Notes: generated by a model not told the origin, from the sequence alone. A stretch of 64,000 bases of DNA from Eledone cirrhosa (GCA_964016885.1 OZ024741.1:282472001-282536000), one strand, 5' to 3'; positions 1 through 13,573 are shown, numbered from the stretch's first letter. Made by a program: numbers and translations.

Positions 1-694
1 TATGTCATATTTGATCTTTTTCAATTTGATATATGTTGAAGTTTCTATGATGTGGCTTTCTTAAGATATGATCACTCAACAGCTATCTATTTCTCTTAAT
101 CAGCAGTCTGGTTGCTCCTTTGCCACAATAAATGCCTGACCACTCATAGATCAATTTTTGATGCAAATATTTATTAGTAATTGATTTATAGTTGTAGAAG
201 GCCATAAAACTGCTTTCAAAATACTGACCAGATTTAATTCTTTCTTAGCATAGGTTAAATTTTAGTTCGTTCTTATATGAAAGACAGCATTTTATACAGC
301 CAATGTATATCTCTAGTCTTGATAGATAAGTAATTTACAAGAAAAGATATGTTTTTTTTTCAGTGGCTAACTTGGTAGACAGACTAAGACCTGTTTTCCA
401 CTTATATTAAATTAAAAATTAGAACTAAGAACAGAGTATGATCTCAATTCATATACGAGGACATAATCTGCTTAATAGATATTAAAAGTTATTTATTTCT
501 TTGTTGTTGTTGTAATTGTGAGTGCTATTTTATGTATGTTTAATGAAAAGAGATTGAGTTTATCTGTGAAGAACAGAAACTACCATGGCAACAAACAACA
601 TTGAATTAGACAACATAAAATTGAAAAATAAATTGTTTTTATAATTATATAAAACATTAATTTAACAAAACAATAACAATAACAACAATAATAA

Positions 695-1100
695 TGGTTT
701 CTGATTTAGGCACAAGGCCAACAATTTTGGAGGAGGGGACTCCAGTACATTACCGGTGCCTTATTTTATCAACCCTGTAAGGATGAAAGGCAAAGCTAAC
801 CTCAATGGTATTTGAACACAGAATGTAAAGAGCCGTAACTCTATGTTGTAAAGCATGTTGTCTGATGCCCTACTGATACTGCCAATCCAACAATATTAAT
901 AATAATGGTTTCTGATTTAGGCACAGGGCCAGCAATTTGGGGGGAGCGGAAAATCTATTAAATTGACCTCGGTGTGTGACTGGCACTTTATTTTATCAAC
1001 CCCATAAGGATGAAAAGCAAAGCTAACCTCAGTGGGATTTGAACTCAGAATGAAAAGAGCTGTAAGTCTATGCTCTACCAAAACTGCCACACCACCACCC
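695..1100 (-). mobile_element. Two adjacent copies of tRNA-derived SINE family A (~190 bp each)
   Basis: Reverse complements of the element at 6667-6854 (GGCACAAGGCCA...AAGGATGAAAGGCAAAG...TTTGAAC...TACTGCCAATCC) at ~695-889 and ~906-1100. Confidence 0.85.
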
Positions 1101-1405
1101 TAATAATAACAATATTAATAATAATAACAACAAATAATAAAGAAAATGCTGTATATACAAAGTAGAAGATAACAAGTAGGCTGAGGGCCTCAAGCATTTT
1201 ATGCCATTATGAACAATATAACAATGGTGTATTCAGAAGAATAATAAATTTATCTGGCTAATAAAAAGAAAACCAAGTAAAATAAATAAGATCATTAAAA
1301 AACAAACCCCCCATCCGTCTTCCCTGGCTTTTTAGTTAAAGATAAAATTATATACCATTTCATACTGGTTTGGTGTAGCAACAGCTACTTTTGTTTCAGT
1401 TAGGA

Positions 1406-1422
1406 TTATAGTTCAAGTTGAA
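1406..1422 (-). CDS. Candidate terminal coding exon (phase 1: V-Q-L-E-L-stop) of a minus-strand gene
   Basis: Strong acceptor CTCTGTTTTTGTTTTCAG|TTCAACTTGAACTATAA; frame-compatible with the exon at 2421-2477. No homology recognised. Confidence 0.25.
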
Positions 1423-1959
1423 CTGAAAACAAAAACAGAGTTGAAATCCGCTTATATGAATAGAAAAGTCAACTTCCCTCCCCTAGAAAATGACAGCAGA
1501 CTTGTGTATAGACCAATAGTCTTAATCTTATACACGTGTCTATATATTTATTACTTGCTCTTTATAATTCAGTGCATGTGTAATAAGAAAAAAATGCTGT
1601 TTAATTTAAAATATATATATGATGGACTCTTCCGTCGATCTCAACATATGAGTGTCCAGCAGCTTTAGCTTCCTTGGTTGATGGATGTCTATCTCTCATG
1701 TGACACTTAAGTCCTATCAAAGACTTCCAAACATAACCACACAGAGTACAAGAGTGTAGGTGTGGTCATTTTATCTGCTAGAAACAGCAGCCAAATCTGT
1801 CTTCAATTAATATTATCTAGCATAGGTATTTAAACTTCAAACTGGAGCCAGTTATTTAAAACCTCCTTACACAACTACACAGAGAAACATATATATATAT
1901 ACACCAGGTCCGAACACAAATGAACCAAACTCCCACTGTCACTGCCTCCCGCTCTCCCC

Positions 1960-2100
1960 ATCTTTCACTATTGTGAGCAAATGGGGGCCCATGCGCTGGC
2001 CGCCCTACAGCCATAGAGAAGGTGTTTCCTCAGAGGATGTTGAGGGTGACGCGTTGGAAGAGCCATTCCAGCTTATGAGACGGGTAGCTGGTACTTATGT
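1960..2100 (-). mobile_element. Relic of CRE-clade non-LTR retrotransposon, end of the restriction-like endonuclease domain
   Basis: Minus strand reads SHKLEWLFQRVTLNIL*GNTFS, matching the 'FQRISLAIxRGN' C-terminal motif; related to 58970-59421. Confidence 0.6.
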
Positions 2101-2420
2101 GCTCACTCTCCCCCCACCCCTCACTTTTTATGTCACTATAACAACTCACTCTCCGTCCAGGACCACCCACTCAAATGCCTTAAAAAGTATGCCAACAGCT
2201 TCAAGATTATTCTTCAGTTTATCCTTATACCAGGGGACATTAAATGAAGATGATGTATATATATCATCATCATCATCATTTAATGTCTGTTTCCAGCCCA
2301 GCCCCTATATATATCTATCTACAAGACTGTAAAGATATTCTTATAGGAAGATAAGTTAAAAAATGTTTTGAATACATTAATTTGAGTGCAAAATGTAAGT
2401 AAAAATAACTGTTTTATTAC

Positions 2421-2477
2421 CTGAGGTCTCAAGAAACATGCTGTTTTGTTTGGGACTATTGTTATTACTAGTTAATA
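2421..2477 (-). CDS. Candidate 57-nt symmetric phase 1-1 exon (xLTSNNNSPKQNSMFLETS)
   Basis: ATTTATCTATTAG| ... GAGACCTCAG|GTAATA; open in phase 1. Confidence 0.35.
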
Positions 2478-2689
2478 CTAATAGATAAATCGTTATTTCA
2501 CAGACAAAATAAGTAATATTTGTTTTCTACAACAAATTGTAACAAAGATATAGGGATGTATATGTTTGTGCTTCCATATTTATGCTCACAATACATGCTC
2601 AACAATCAGTTCTGTTTGTGTAGGTCCTGTAACTCATCAACTATATATTTTTACATATAATTATATAAGGTGCAACGATAAAATACACC

Positions 2690-2853
2690 AAGTCCACCCT
2701 GTAAAGAGGTTGGTGTTAGGAAGAGAATCCAGCTGTAAAAGCTATGCCAAATATAGAACATATGAAAAAGATGTGGTCTCTCTGATCTTAATATTCTTGG
2801 ATTGTGACAACCCATCCATCCATGTGATCATGGAAGGCTGTCGTAAAATGATG
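2690..2853 (+). mobile_element. Degenerate RTE-tail / SINE family B fragment
   Basis: GGTTGGTGTTAGGAAGAGAATCCAGCTGTAAAA...CCATGTGATCATGGAAG...ATGATG, homologous to the RTE 3' UTR at 54706-55066. Confidence 0.65.
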
Positions 2854-3557
2854 GTAATAATAATTACATGTGTGTGTATATACATACATACAAAAATTCA
2901 CTCACACATACACATTGATGTATAGATTATAAGTATATAATATATATTGCAAGTGTGTGTGCATGTGTATACCATCATCGTTTAATGTCCATCTTCCACG
3001 CTAGCATGGGTTAGACAGTATATATATATATATATATATATATATAAGAGAGAGAAAGAGAGAGTGGGGGAGAAAACGCTGACTTCCGACTTGAATGAAG
3101 CCATTTTAGAACATTTGCTCTCCACCTTTAGAACAATTGTGAGATTCTAACATTTGTATGTGACATGTAGACAAAAGATATCTAGTACAATCATATATAT
3201 TGCCTACAAACAAATTATGCGTTAACTTAAAGGAACAAGTAAGGCTTCAAGTCAGCAACAACGAAATAGAAATTGAATTACTTTGTACTACTACGTAGTA
3301 TAACGAATAAGAAAGATAGAACACAGTACACTTGTAGAGTAAAGTTTATTGTGAGAATTGGAATATTCAAAGCCTCACAGTGACCAGTGGTTTCATCCCA
3401 AGCTGGTAAAAGCAACTACAACTAATTTGATAAAGCCAAGTGAATTGGGAAATGCAAGCATAAAATGTTTCAAGTTTGCTACCATCTTTCTTATAAGGTT
3501 ATGTTACCTTGAAAAATTGAGATATGTTTTAAATAAAACTGCAGAAATATCTAAATA

Positions 3558-3885
3558 CAGAGTAACCTCAGTTCACGAACTTAATTTGTTCCTGAAGCCT
3601 GTTCATTACCCAAAATGTTCGTAAACCAAAACTATTTTTCCCATACGAAATGTTGAGAGAGAAATACTATGAGAGAGACTGTATGTGAAAGAGACAGATA
3701 TCACCATAGTAACTAACTACACAGCAAGTGACACTTTCCTGCTGATAATCCCAGCTTGTCGCCAACTTTTGTTGCCAGCTTACATGTTCATTACTTCAGA
3801 CACAGTTCATCAACCGAGACGTTGTTATGTTGAGAAAAACTGATTTGTTCATGATGAGCGGTGTTTGTGAATCGAGGTTCCACTA
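3558..3885. mobile_element. Tc1/mariner (pogo/Tigger-like) MITE
   Basis: Imperfect TIRs CAGAGTAACCTCAGTTCACGAAC / GTTTGTGAATCGAGGTTCCACTA, flanked by TA. Confidence 0.7.
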
Positions 3886-3951
3886 TATTGGAATTAAGAC
3901 ACACGTGTTCATATTACCCCATTCCAATATGCCTAACTTGAGGGATATCTA

Positions 3952-4433
3952 TCTATAATATTATAAAGCTGAGTGTCATGTGTATGTATTATGTATGCTA
4001 CACACCTCCCTATAGTTTCTTAGCTTTACTCTCTCTGTTGCTCTTCCCTCTCTCTATAATAGATCATTCCCCCTCTCTATAATTTAACTGCTTTACTCTC
4101 TCTGTCGCTATTCACTCTCTAATATTATAAAGCTGAGCGTCGTCTCTCTCTCTCTCCCTCTTTCACCCTCTCTATAATTTAACTGCTTTACTCTGTCTCT
4201 CTTCACTCTCTATATGACAACACTCTTTTACTTTCCGTATCTACCTTCAATATATCAACATAGAGATGAGCGCCGTATGTATGTTTATTTCAAAAGGAAA
4301 ACCTCCTTCAAATTCGGTCAACACACAAGCAGGTAATACATACATCAAAAGGCAACCCTCTTAGAGAGACAGAGAGTGAAAGAGACAGATTAGGAAATCT
4401 ACACACACATTTAAAAAGAGAGAGGAGAGAGGG

Positions 4434-4486
<53 letters not shown>

Positions 4487-4773
4487 ACAGGGAAAGAGAA
4501 ACAGAGGGACGGGCAAGAAGGTAATACATACATCTAAAATCATTTGGACACAAATATCATAATATAATGGTTGCAGAACGAAAATACAGACAAATATAAT
4601 AATGTATGTATCCCACACTTTCTCTGTCGTCGCTCGCATAACACACACACACACAAATACACACACACAAATACACATACTTTCACACCTGATTTCGCCA
4701 ATTGCCGGATAACATTAAAACAAAACACACAGACGCACACATGCACATACACACACACACACATATCTATACT

Positions 4774-4806
<33 letters not shown>

Positions 4807-5166
4807 ATATCATTCCCCCTCTCTATAATTTAACTGCTTTACTCTCTCTGTCGCTCTTCACTCTCTATATGACAACACTGATTTAGTTTCCGTATCTCCC
4901 TTCAATATATATACATAGAGAGAGAGAAAGAGAGAGAGAAAGATTAGGAAAACTACACACACACATCTAAAGAGAGAGAGAGAAAAACAGAGGGAGGGGA
5001 AAAGAGAGATAGGCTGTTAGACAGAGAGAGATACAATTAAAGTGTTAGTTATTCAGAGAGAGAGAATCGGAAGGACAATGTGACACGGGAGGGTGTGTGG
5101 TATCCTTGCAGTGGAGTGGTGGGGGCAGGTATACCTAGCTGGGCGCCAGCTGGACGGGCCAGCTAG
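3952..5166 (+). mobile_element. Non-autonomous Helitron with internal repeats and (GA)n/(CA)n tracts
   Basis: Starts A|TCTATAATATTATAAAGCTGAG; ends with a GC-rich palindromic segment and CTAG|T; internal repeated CCCTCTCTATAATTTAACTGCTTTACTCTCT blocks. Confidence 0.7.
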
Positions 5167-5609
5167 TATTATATGTGTAGTAAATACTATATTTTAACAT
5201 ATAATAATGAGCTTACAGTTTTTGTTTACTGTCACATCAAGGTGATAGTGTGGATGTAGGAGGTTATCAAAGGATGAATAGAGAGTGAGTGAATGACAAA
5301 GACCATGAAAGTGAGTGGCAGAATGCAGAGTTTATCACACAGAACTGGATGGCCAACAGGGAAAGAATGAAAATGAGAGTGGGTTGGAATATAAGGTTAA
5401 CTTTATGTTAATTTAAACAGAAGCTGCCATTTAACTATGAATAATGTGATAAAGGAACTTCTGAAACAATGATAATGATAAAAATTTCAATAATTTCCTA
5501 ACTATTGATATGTATTGAATGGAAATGTTACCATATTTCTAATGAAAGACGTGGTCTATAATTTTGAAAATAATAAGAACAATTTTTTTCATTATTAAGC
5601 TGGTATTTA

Positions 5610-5790
5610 GAACATACTCAGTCATTTGTATAGGGCAACAAGAAGCTGACCATCAATCCCATACTCCAGCAAAACTTTCTACAGCAGGTCCCCTGGAATG
5701 CAGTCATATGAGTCATCTCAAACATAAAGCCCTACATTCCCAGACTACTCCATTATAAGTGCTTTATCCCACCTCAGTTAACTTGCATTA
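5610..5790 (-). mobile_element. Degenerate RTE (Expander/Rex3-like) reverse transcriptase fragment
   Basis: Minus strand reads YDCIPGDLL*KVLLEYGIDGQLLVALY; same family as 46400-46570. Confidence 0.6.
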
Positions 5791-6666
5791 ACAAACTAGA
5801 CATTCTTCCCTAACACATATATCTACCAGTCTTATACCATGCCAATGCCGGCATAGCTGTCTCTTCTATATTAACCAATATCTCTGAATTAAATAAGTAG
5901 TGATGTTACATCGGCAGAAAACATTAAGTTTATATAAGAGTAAAATTTGAAATTGCTATGTCCATGCTTTTACTTGGTAAATTAGTGATATAACTGAAAT
6001 GGTACCAACTGATTACTGATTTAGTTTGGTAAGGAGTTATGACAATGCTATTCAACTGCATCATATACTCACCTAGTTAAATAAATACATATATACTAAA
6101 TAACAAAAGAAAAAGACATGTAAACCCCCCTCCAACTAAAATCCTAAAGTCATAGGGGTACTGTCATGACACACATGTCATGGGTATTTTAAACCTGGTG
6201 GAGCCCATCCCACTTCAAGCCTGAATAATTGATTTCTTCTAGAGAGAAAGAGAGAAAGTGATAAAGAAACAACTCCAGTACTGGACTGGTAGTTTATTTA
6301 TTGACCTCAAAAGGATGACAGAACAACTGCTGTATAGCATTCTATCCAATATTCCAATGTTGCTAATTCACAATCTTTAAAAAATATGCATGCATTGTTT
6401 TGCTGTAAGAGCTAAAATATTAGGACAATATGTGAATAGAAAAAGTTATAATTATATGACAGTAGCATATAATTGTCTCATGATAATCACATTGAATGTA
6501 GGAACATCACAGAATGATCCAAATTTAAACAGCATTAATTATACACTCCCAAAAATGCCTGATCTTTAGTAGCTGTTTCATACACAATTAGTTAGAAATG
6601 TTGTCATATCAGTTCAAATTTAATTGGTATCACTAGCTGTTGTTCTGGGTAAACATCTAGGTTCAT

Positions 6667-6854
6667 GGATTGGCAGTATCGGTAGAGGGTCGGACGCCAT
6701 GCTTTGACGCATAGAGTTACGGCCCTTTCCAATCTGAGTTCAAATCCCGCCGAGGTTGACTTTGCCTTTCATCCTTACGGAGTCGATAAAATACAGTACC
6801 AGTAATGCACTGGGTAATTGCTGGCCTTGTGCCAAAAGTAGAAACAATTATTAT
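6667..6854 (+). mobile_element. Full-length tRNA-derived SINE family A (central domain resembles the Meta/MESC SINE domain)
   Basis: Pol III A box TGGCAGTATCGG (6671-6682), B box GAGTTCAAATCC (6736-6747), body GCCTTTCATCCTTACGGAGTCGATAAAATACAGTACCAG, (ATT)n tail; about 15 copies in the window. Confidence 0.9.
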
Positions 6855-7047
6855 TCCATGGAGTACCAATGTAAATATTGAATAAATGTTTATAAAATAT
6901 ATAGTCAAAAACAATACATATAAAAAATATTCTGATCCACCTAATCTCAACCCATGCCAGTGTGGAGCACAGGCATAAAATGATGATTCATATTTTATAT
7001 GATATTGTCTGAATATTTACTGTCATTATCATCAAATATTATTTTAC

Positions 7048-7230
7048 ATTGGCAGTATCGGTAGAGGGTCGGACGCCATGCTTTCTAGCATAGTTACGTC
7101 CCTTTACGATCTGAGTTCAAATCCCGCCGAGGTTGACTTTGCCTTTCATCCTTACGGGGTCGATAAAATAAAGTACCAGTAATGCACTGGGTAATTTGCT
7201 GGCCTTGTGCCTAACGTAGAAACAATTATT
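7048..7230 (+). mobile_element. tRNA-derived SINE family A
   Basis: Near-identical to 6667-6854, with A and B boxes. Confidence 0.9.
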
Positions 7231-7739
7231 TTACTGGTTATTCAGGAATGAGAGTGGGGACTGCAGTGCTTATAACTTTTTTCAGGGCTTCTAAGACTGG
7301 TGGAAAGAAAGAAGAGAGGAAAGTATCCTCAAACTAGAGACTTATTCCAAATACATGAACAGAGTGAACTCTGTTAAAGACAGACATAGGTCACATTGTA
7401 ATGTTAAACACACCATGTGACCCTGCTAGGTTTTTAGCAGAGTCCATTCTATTACAAGCATCCAAGCCAGGTCACTGGTTTGAGGATACCTTGAAGCTAG
7501 CCCTGGTTCTATGATACAAAACCATTTATTTTAAAATGTTCTTTATATTTAATTCTGGCAAATTTAAAATGAACTCTTAACAGCAGCGATCTGCTTTGGC
7601 CAAAAGACTAAAACTAGTTTATAAAATAATAGATTGGCTGTTGTGTTACAGGATATGAACTTAGAATTATATAAAACAGATAATGCAAGCCAAGCAAGAG
7701 TGTTATATCAGTGAGTCATAACTAACTTCAGATTGTTAA

Positions 7740-8480
7740 ACTAAAGTAGGAAGGGTTCAGCTGTTTCAAATTTTCAAATTCTTCAGCTGAGAAACCAATA
7801 TCATCTTTCATCTTTTTGTGGTAATCATATCCTAGTATCTTCTCTCTATTACTGAATGTATAATTTCATCAAAAGACTAGAAAATACTTTAATCTTTTTT
7901 TGAAGGTTATTGTTCAAATCGTTAAAGAATGTTGTTTCACTTGTTACATGCCATTATAAAATGATGGATCAGTTTTTACCAAAAGCAAAAGAATTCTTTT
8001 TAAAAACAAACCGTAATCTCCCAAACAATAACTTCAAATTTTTTAGTACTATATCCTCTTATTGCCACTTCAATTATTATTATAATCATTCTTGCACTTC
8101 TAAATTAGTTGGCTTTATCTCAATATTTACTATCATTCTCTCTCAAAATCCCACACTAAACACTATTTAAATTATTTCTTCCCTGAAGTTATATCAGCTT
8201 GGAATTTATCAACTAGACCTCAAAAATAATAGAAAATTCTAAATCCATAAAGAAAATGCTAACTCTCCTTAATAGAAAACTTTTAATCTTTTCTCGAAAA
8301 ATGCATCTCATGACTGAGATATTTTATTAATAAGATAAATAATTTTTCAGACAATTAACCCCAACTTCAGAGATAAACAGTTATTTTCTGCATCTGAGCT
8401 TCCTACATCTTATAATTCTTATTTTTGTTTACATAATTTCCATCTACATTGTTTCAATCATTATCTGGTGTTTTATTACC
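7740..8480 (-). mobile_element. Possible highly decayed Penelope-like ORF N-terminal region
   Basis: Minus-strand pieces such as KILGYDYHKKMKDDIGFSAEEFENLKQL resemble the 'NLSxEExxALxxL' segment before the PLE DKG motif; many stops. Confidence 0.3.
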
Positions 8481-9003
8481 GGATGTACACATAGTATGAA
8501 ACCAAATTCAAACTGGGAACCGTTTATTTTTAAATTAAGAGTAATAAGGTTCTTATCCACTAGGTCACTGATGCACGCCAATGCTCTCTCTAGTGAATAA
8601 TAATGTTAGTATAGATGTAAATATTGTAGAATTGTTACATTTCTAAAGAAATGGTTAATGGTCCAAAAATTATAATCTGAAAAATATTTTCTGTAATAAA
8701 TTCACTTAACACACATTAGGAGGTTTATAAATTCTTAAAATTTTTTAAAGCAAGATTAAATGCTGGAAAGAAATATAAAACCAAATTTTCTCTAGAGATT
8801 ATAAGATATAGAATATAATCTTTATAATTTTATGCCTGGTGTTTGATATACACAGACAAATTTAGCTTGAAAGAAAAATACTACAGAGTATCTGAAAGTA
8901 AAATTGAGATAGAGAACATGTGCAAAAATATTACTAACTATACTCATGTATATTGCATCTTTTTCCACAAAATGACAATGTGAAAAATTAGTGAGTGACT
9001 TAC

Positions 9004-9012
9004 CTACTGGAC
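9004..9012 (-). CDS. Candidate 9-nt microexon (GTCCAGTAG, phase 1-1, x-Pro-Val)
   Basis: GAGGTTTTGTAG|GTCCAGTAG|GTAAGT: acceptor and perfect donor 9 nt apart. Confidence 0.4.
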   Translation of the reverse strand, partial: VQ

Positions 9013-9913
9013 CTACAAAACCTCAACTCAAAATATATGGTACATGGCCATGTGTATCCTGTTTAGATTAAGTACACTATGTTCCTGCATTTCATAAGAA
9101 ATGACTGAAAGGGTTGGTGTTAAAAAGGGCATCCAGCTGTAAATCATTGCTTTAAAAAGTCCTGTCTAACCCATGCCAGCATGGAAAAGTTGAGGTAATG
9201 AAGATGAGGTTTGTAAATATATGTAAAATGGGTATGTGCAGTAGATATTTTATATTTAAAAACTTGTCTTTATCCAATACAGAAATATATGTGGTACAGG
9301 CATATGAGTTGTATAAGTTGTACAGGGATATGATTATATAAGAATATGTGATGTATTATTTCATTTTATGGTGATTGTGTGGAGTATAGGTAGCAAATTG
9401 GCGAAGTCATTAGAACGTCAGTTAGAATGCTTTGTAGTATTCATTTCGGCCCACTGAGTTCAAATCCTGTCAAGGTCAACTTTGTCTTTCATCCATTCAA
9501 GGTTAATATAAAAAAAAAAGTACCAGTCAAGTACTGGGGTCAATTCTTCCTCTATATCTCTTTCTCACTTCCATTCACTCACTCTATCTATCCTTCACTG
9601 GAAAAAAAAAATCTATATTCAGGCTTGGAGAGGATTGGGCTCCGTCAGGTTTTAAAATGGTCTAGAAATGCCCTCTGTGTGGTGTATATACTATGTGGTT
9701 TGTGATATATGGTTTGGTTATTGCTATAAAATTATTGTTATTTTTGGTTCATGTACAATTATGGTATATTCTATTGATGATCGGCAGGCAGGTAGCCATT
9801 CTGAATAAAAAATGGATACAATATACTTATGCTTTGAATACAGAAGTTGAATGTTTTAGCCAAATAAAAGAATTTGATTATCAGCAACTGTCTCATAACA
9901 ACAGGGAGTCTTT

Positions 9914-11889
9914 CAGCACTGCCGAAGTTGATATGTTCATACAAATTTGGTACAGTTTGCCCTTAATTTGACTTTTCTATACATTTGGTAACACATCTAG
10001 ATTTTTTGGTACATTTTAGAGATTGTACTTGCCTTGTGAGTTTGGCTTAATTGATATTCTAAAATCACCATTTAATGATTTACCAGCTATAACAACTTTT
10101 ATGTCAAGAAGGCATCCATTGATTGTATTTGCCCATCAGGTTTCACTTGACATCAATACTCTTCTGTGTATTATTGCGAATCAGTAACCAATCATCATCT
10201 GTATTATCCTGGCAGCCAAAAGTAACACACTATTCCTTCACAATCAGTCATTGGACGTTTTACTTGAATAGATTCGCTGACAACATGCAAGGATATCTAA
10301 ATATAAATAGATTAAGACAAATTCTTGGACAACAACTGTATCAGTTCAGTTTCAGCAGCTGTGTCATAGTATACAGTGTACTTTGGTGGTGTCATCTTTC
10401 AATGTCTAACTGTTTTGCTTTTTTGAGAAACATTTTGAACCCATCATGAGTGGAAAATAATTCTCATAGCAACAAAAATGACACTCAGAAGAAGAAAAAA
10501 CTGATTCCACTTTCTATGAAAGAAAAGTTCTGTCAAAATTATTCAATGATGAAAAATGTTTATTGTGGTTGGAATTGAGTAAAAAGAATGCAAGTAAATG
10601 CTACTGTAAATTATGCAATAGTGAGAGAGCTGGTAACTTCAGTCAAATAGTAAGGCATAAAGAGACAAAAAAGCACCAAAAGAATGCGAAAGTAGTGAAA
10701 CAAACAGTAAAGAGGATAGTTTCATAAAGCCTGCTCAATGTTCTGCTCATTTAACGAAAATAGCATCAGCTGAGATGAAACTGTGCAGATTTATTGTTGA
10801 GCCCAACACGTTCATTGCTATTTTGGATCATTTGCCTGGATTGCTATTTTGGATTATTTGCCTGGCCTTATTGCCAATGTATGCTCTGATTAAAAAATCA
10901 CCAACTAAAGGAACTTGCATTTTTTCAAATGTGATCAGTCCCCATGCTTTCAATGACTTATTATCTAAGCTAAATTTAGCAAAGTTCTCTCTTATTGTAG
11001 ATGAAACAAAATCGATCATACTATTGGCAATGGCATTTTTCCAATCTTGTGCATGAAGACCAATGTCAACAAATAGAGAATGGAGAGAATTAACTCTGAA
11101 AGATGCGTCTCTTAATGCATAAAATGAGCTTGAGAAATACTGGTTTTTTGTTTTTCAAGAAAAATGTGGTAGTATATATCTCTACCCATTACTATCCAAA
11201 TTCATGATGCAACTTCTTTCATTGCTACATTTTTCAGCAGCTGCAAAAAAAGTGTTGTCCTTTTTCAACAACATAAAAAGAACATCAAATTCCCTGCTAA
11301 GATCAAAGTCTCTGCTGCAAAATTTCGACTGCACTAAGTGGCATCCATAACTGCAACTTTGTCTCAAACTGCAAGAAACTGGTACAGCAAGAAAAGTGTG
11401 GAAGAATACATTTCTTTTTAATTAAAATGTACAATATTTTCTTTTTTTAACATTTGTGGGGTTTCATCATCATCACCATCATTGTTTAATGTCCATTTTT
11501 CCACGCGAGCACAGGTTAGACGAGTTGTCACAAGTCAGATCAGATTAGCATGTTTTGCTCATATAGAATTGTTTCTGGTTTGGTTTCTACAGCTGGATGC
11601 CCTTCCTAACACCAACCACATTTACAGTGTGGACTGGGTACTTTTTGTCATGGCACCAACACAACCACTTCACAGTGTGGACTGGGTGCTTTTTGTTGTG
11701 GCACTAAAATGACTACTTCCCAGTGTGGACTGACAGCTGGGATGGGGGAAGTGCACATGTGTAGAGTGGGGCACTTAGCTGGTGAAGGTGGAGTAACAGG
11801 ATATAAGAGGTGTATGGAAGTAGGTAATTGGATTTGGTACGTTTTTTGTATATTTTAGTACTATTAAGAACATAGTTTTGGCAGCCCTG
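9914..11889 (+). mobile_element. Decayed, internally deleted hAT DNA transposon
   Basis: Zn finger WLELSKKNASKCYCKLCNSE...RHKETKKH (~10560-10690); AEMKLCRFIVEPN...LDHL; KFSLIVDET (first catalytic Asp); dimerisation-like YPLLSKFMMQLLSLLHFSAAAKKVLS (~11180-11270); right TIR TTGGCAGCCCTG. Left boundary uncertain. Confidence 0.7.
11464..11735 (-). mobile_element. SINE family B / RTE 3' tail nested in the hAT relic
   Basis: (CAT)n tail, GTTTAATGTCCATTTTTCC, CTGGATGCCCTTCCTAACACCAACC and repeated CAGTGTGGACTGGGT modules. Confidence 0.85.
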
Positions 11890-11904
11890 ATACACATATC
11901 ATTT

Positions 11905-12215
11905 TCATCATCATTTCATTTCACATCCACTTTTTCCCTGCTTGCAAGGGTGGGACGGGAACTGATTCTAGCTTGATTTCTACAGCTGGATGCCCTTCCT
12001 AACACCAACCTCATTCACAGTGTGGGCTGGGTGCTTTTTTCCGTGGCACCTCCACGACCACTTTGCAGCAGAATGATAGGGACCCCAGCCCCTATCATGT
12101 CATTTCTAAACTGGAGCAATGTGAAATAAAGTGTCTTGCTCAAGGAAACAACACATCACCCGGTCTGAGAATTGAACTCACAACCTTTCGATTGCAAGGC
12201 CAATGCTCTAGCCAT
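11905..12215 (-). mobile_element. CORE-type tRNA SINE (family B) with RTE-derived 3' tail
   Basis: Minus strand: tRNA-like head TGGCTAGAGCATTGGCC...GAGTTCAATTC, CORE-like CCTTGAGCAAGACACTTTATTTCAC, then the AGGAAGGGCATCCAGCTGTAGAAA tail. Resembles octopus OR/OK-type SINEs. Confidence 0.75.
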
Positions 12216-12864
12216 GTGCCTCTATTATACATGATATATTTATGTGCCTCCATATATACATGATATATTTATTTACATTTGAATAATTATAAATGATGTA
12301 AAAAGACCATTTTTCCTAACAATTAAGAACTCACATTCTACAATCAAACTATCATACTTTGACATGTGCATGAAACACTTTCTTATGAATCAACTGTAAT
12401 ATATATGACAAATTAGTAGTTAAAAGCGATCTTAGCTAAAAATCAGAGAAGTGCCCTTTGACTAAGATAAAGGTAATTAGTGAATTTTTTTTTTATTGTT
12501 AAGACTATAGTTATGAAGACCCAATTGTATTACCAAGCACAAAGATAAAAACATATAATCAATATGAATCCTGTATGAATGAATGATTTAGAAAGAGAAA
12601 ACATGTCTTAATTATGATTGATTGATATGCTATTGTGGATCAGGTGTATTTCCCAGGCAAACTGATATGCTATTGTGGATCTGGTGTATCTCCCAAGCAA
12701 ATTTCTTAACTGTCGAAAACCAGAGACTAACATAATTAGTGAAAGAAGAATAAAGGTGCCATAAATCTTAAATATATTAGCATATTTAGTATTTCTTCAT
12801 CTTACTAATAAACCTTGTTTATTCTAAAATGTACCAAATCTTCATATTCACAAATATAAAGCCA

Positions 12865-13125
12865 CAATAAAATGCCCCTAGTACACTCAGTAAATTGGTA
12901 ACGCTGGTATCACAAAAAATGCACCAAGCATACTCTGTAAAGTGGTAGTGCTGGTGCCATGATAGATACATCTAGTACACTCTGTAAAGTGGTTGGCATT
13001 AGGAAGGTCATCCACTCATAGAAACCATCCCAAAAATGTAAAGTGTGGGCAAGATGTGGTTCTCCCATCTATATTATTTGGGATTGGGACACCCACCCAT
13101 CCCATGACAGCAGGGATGATGATAT
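12865..13125 (+). mobile_element. SINE family B / RTE tail fragment
   Basis: Repeated CCAGTACACTCTGTAAAGTGG modules, GGCATTAGGAAGGTCATCC, GATGATGAT tail. Confidence 0.75.
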
Positions 13126-13498
13126 ATATTACCACCCAATAGATTATCATATAAAAGTATTTAGTAGAGGGAATATTTTACAGCTGGATACCCTTCCCAA
13201 TACCAACCCTTTTTGCTGCTTCTTATGACATGCAGGGATATAGTGTACCTATTTTAAACTGGATACATACACACCCATATATATATATATATATATATAC
13301 ACTCACATACACACACATATATATATATATAACCAGAAAAGAGATATATCAGTTTATCATATGTTTATTCCATTGCATGTGTTTCACTAGTGATCAGGCT
13401 CAAAAATCCTTCTCAATTGCATAACACTATATAACAGTAGAGTCTGAATTCTAAGATCACAATTCTAAGACTCAGGCATATCAAAAGATCAACCATTA

Positions 13499-13573
<75 letters not shown>

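Noticed and set aside
3127-3203. Open phase-1 minus-strand segment GNIYDCTRYLLSTCHIQMLESHNCSK
   Set aside because: Good acceptor but poor donor (GTGGAG); no recognised motif.
5930-6095. Minus-strand AG|GTGAGT site with a 47-codon open frame, or a 23-nt exon
   Set aside because: Ambiguous as donor, acceptor or recursive splice site; no convincing partner site or homology.
6667-6760. tRNA genes suggested by A and B boxes
   Set aside because: These are SINE heads; no cloverleaf.
12335-12337. 3-nt microexon pattern TAG|AAT|GTGAGT on the minus strand
   Set aside because: Weak pyrimidine tract; expected by chance in AT-rich DNA.
13355-13400. Hammerhead-like 3' half on the minus strand (GAAACACATGCA..AATAAA)
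   Set aside because: No intact CTGAnGA core or stems.
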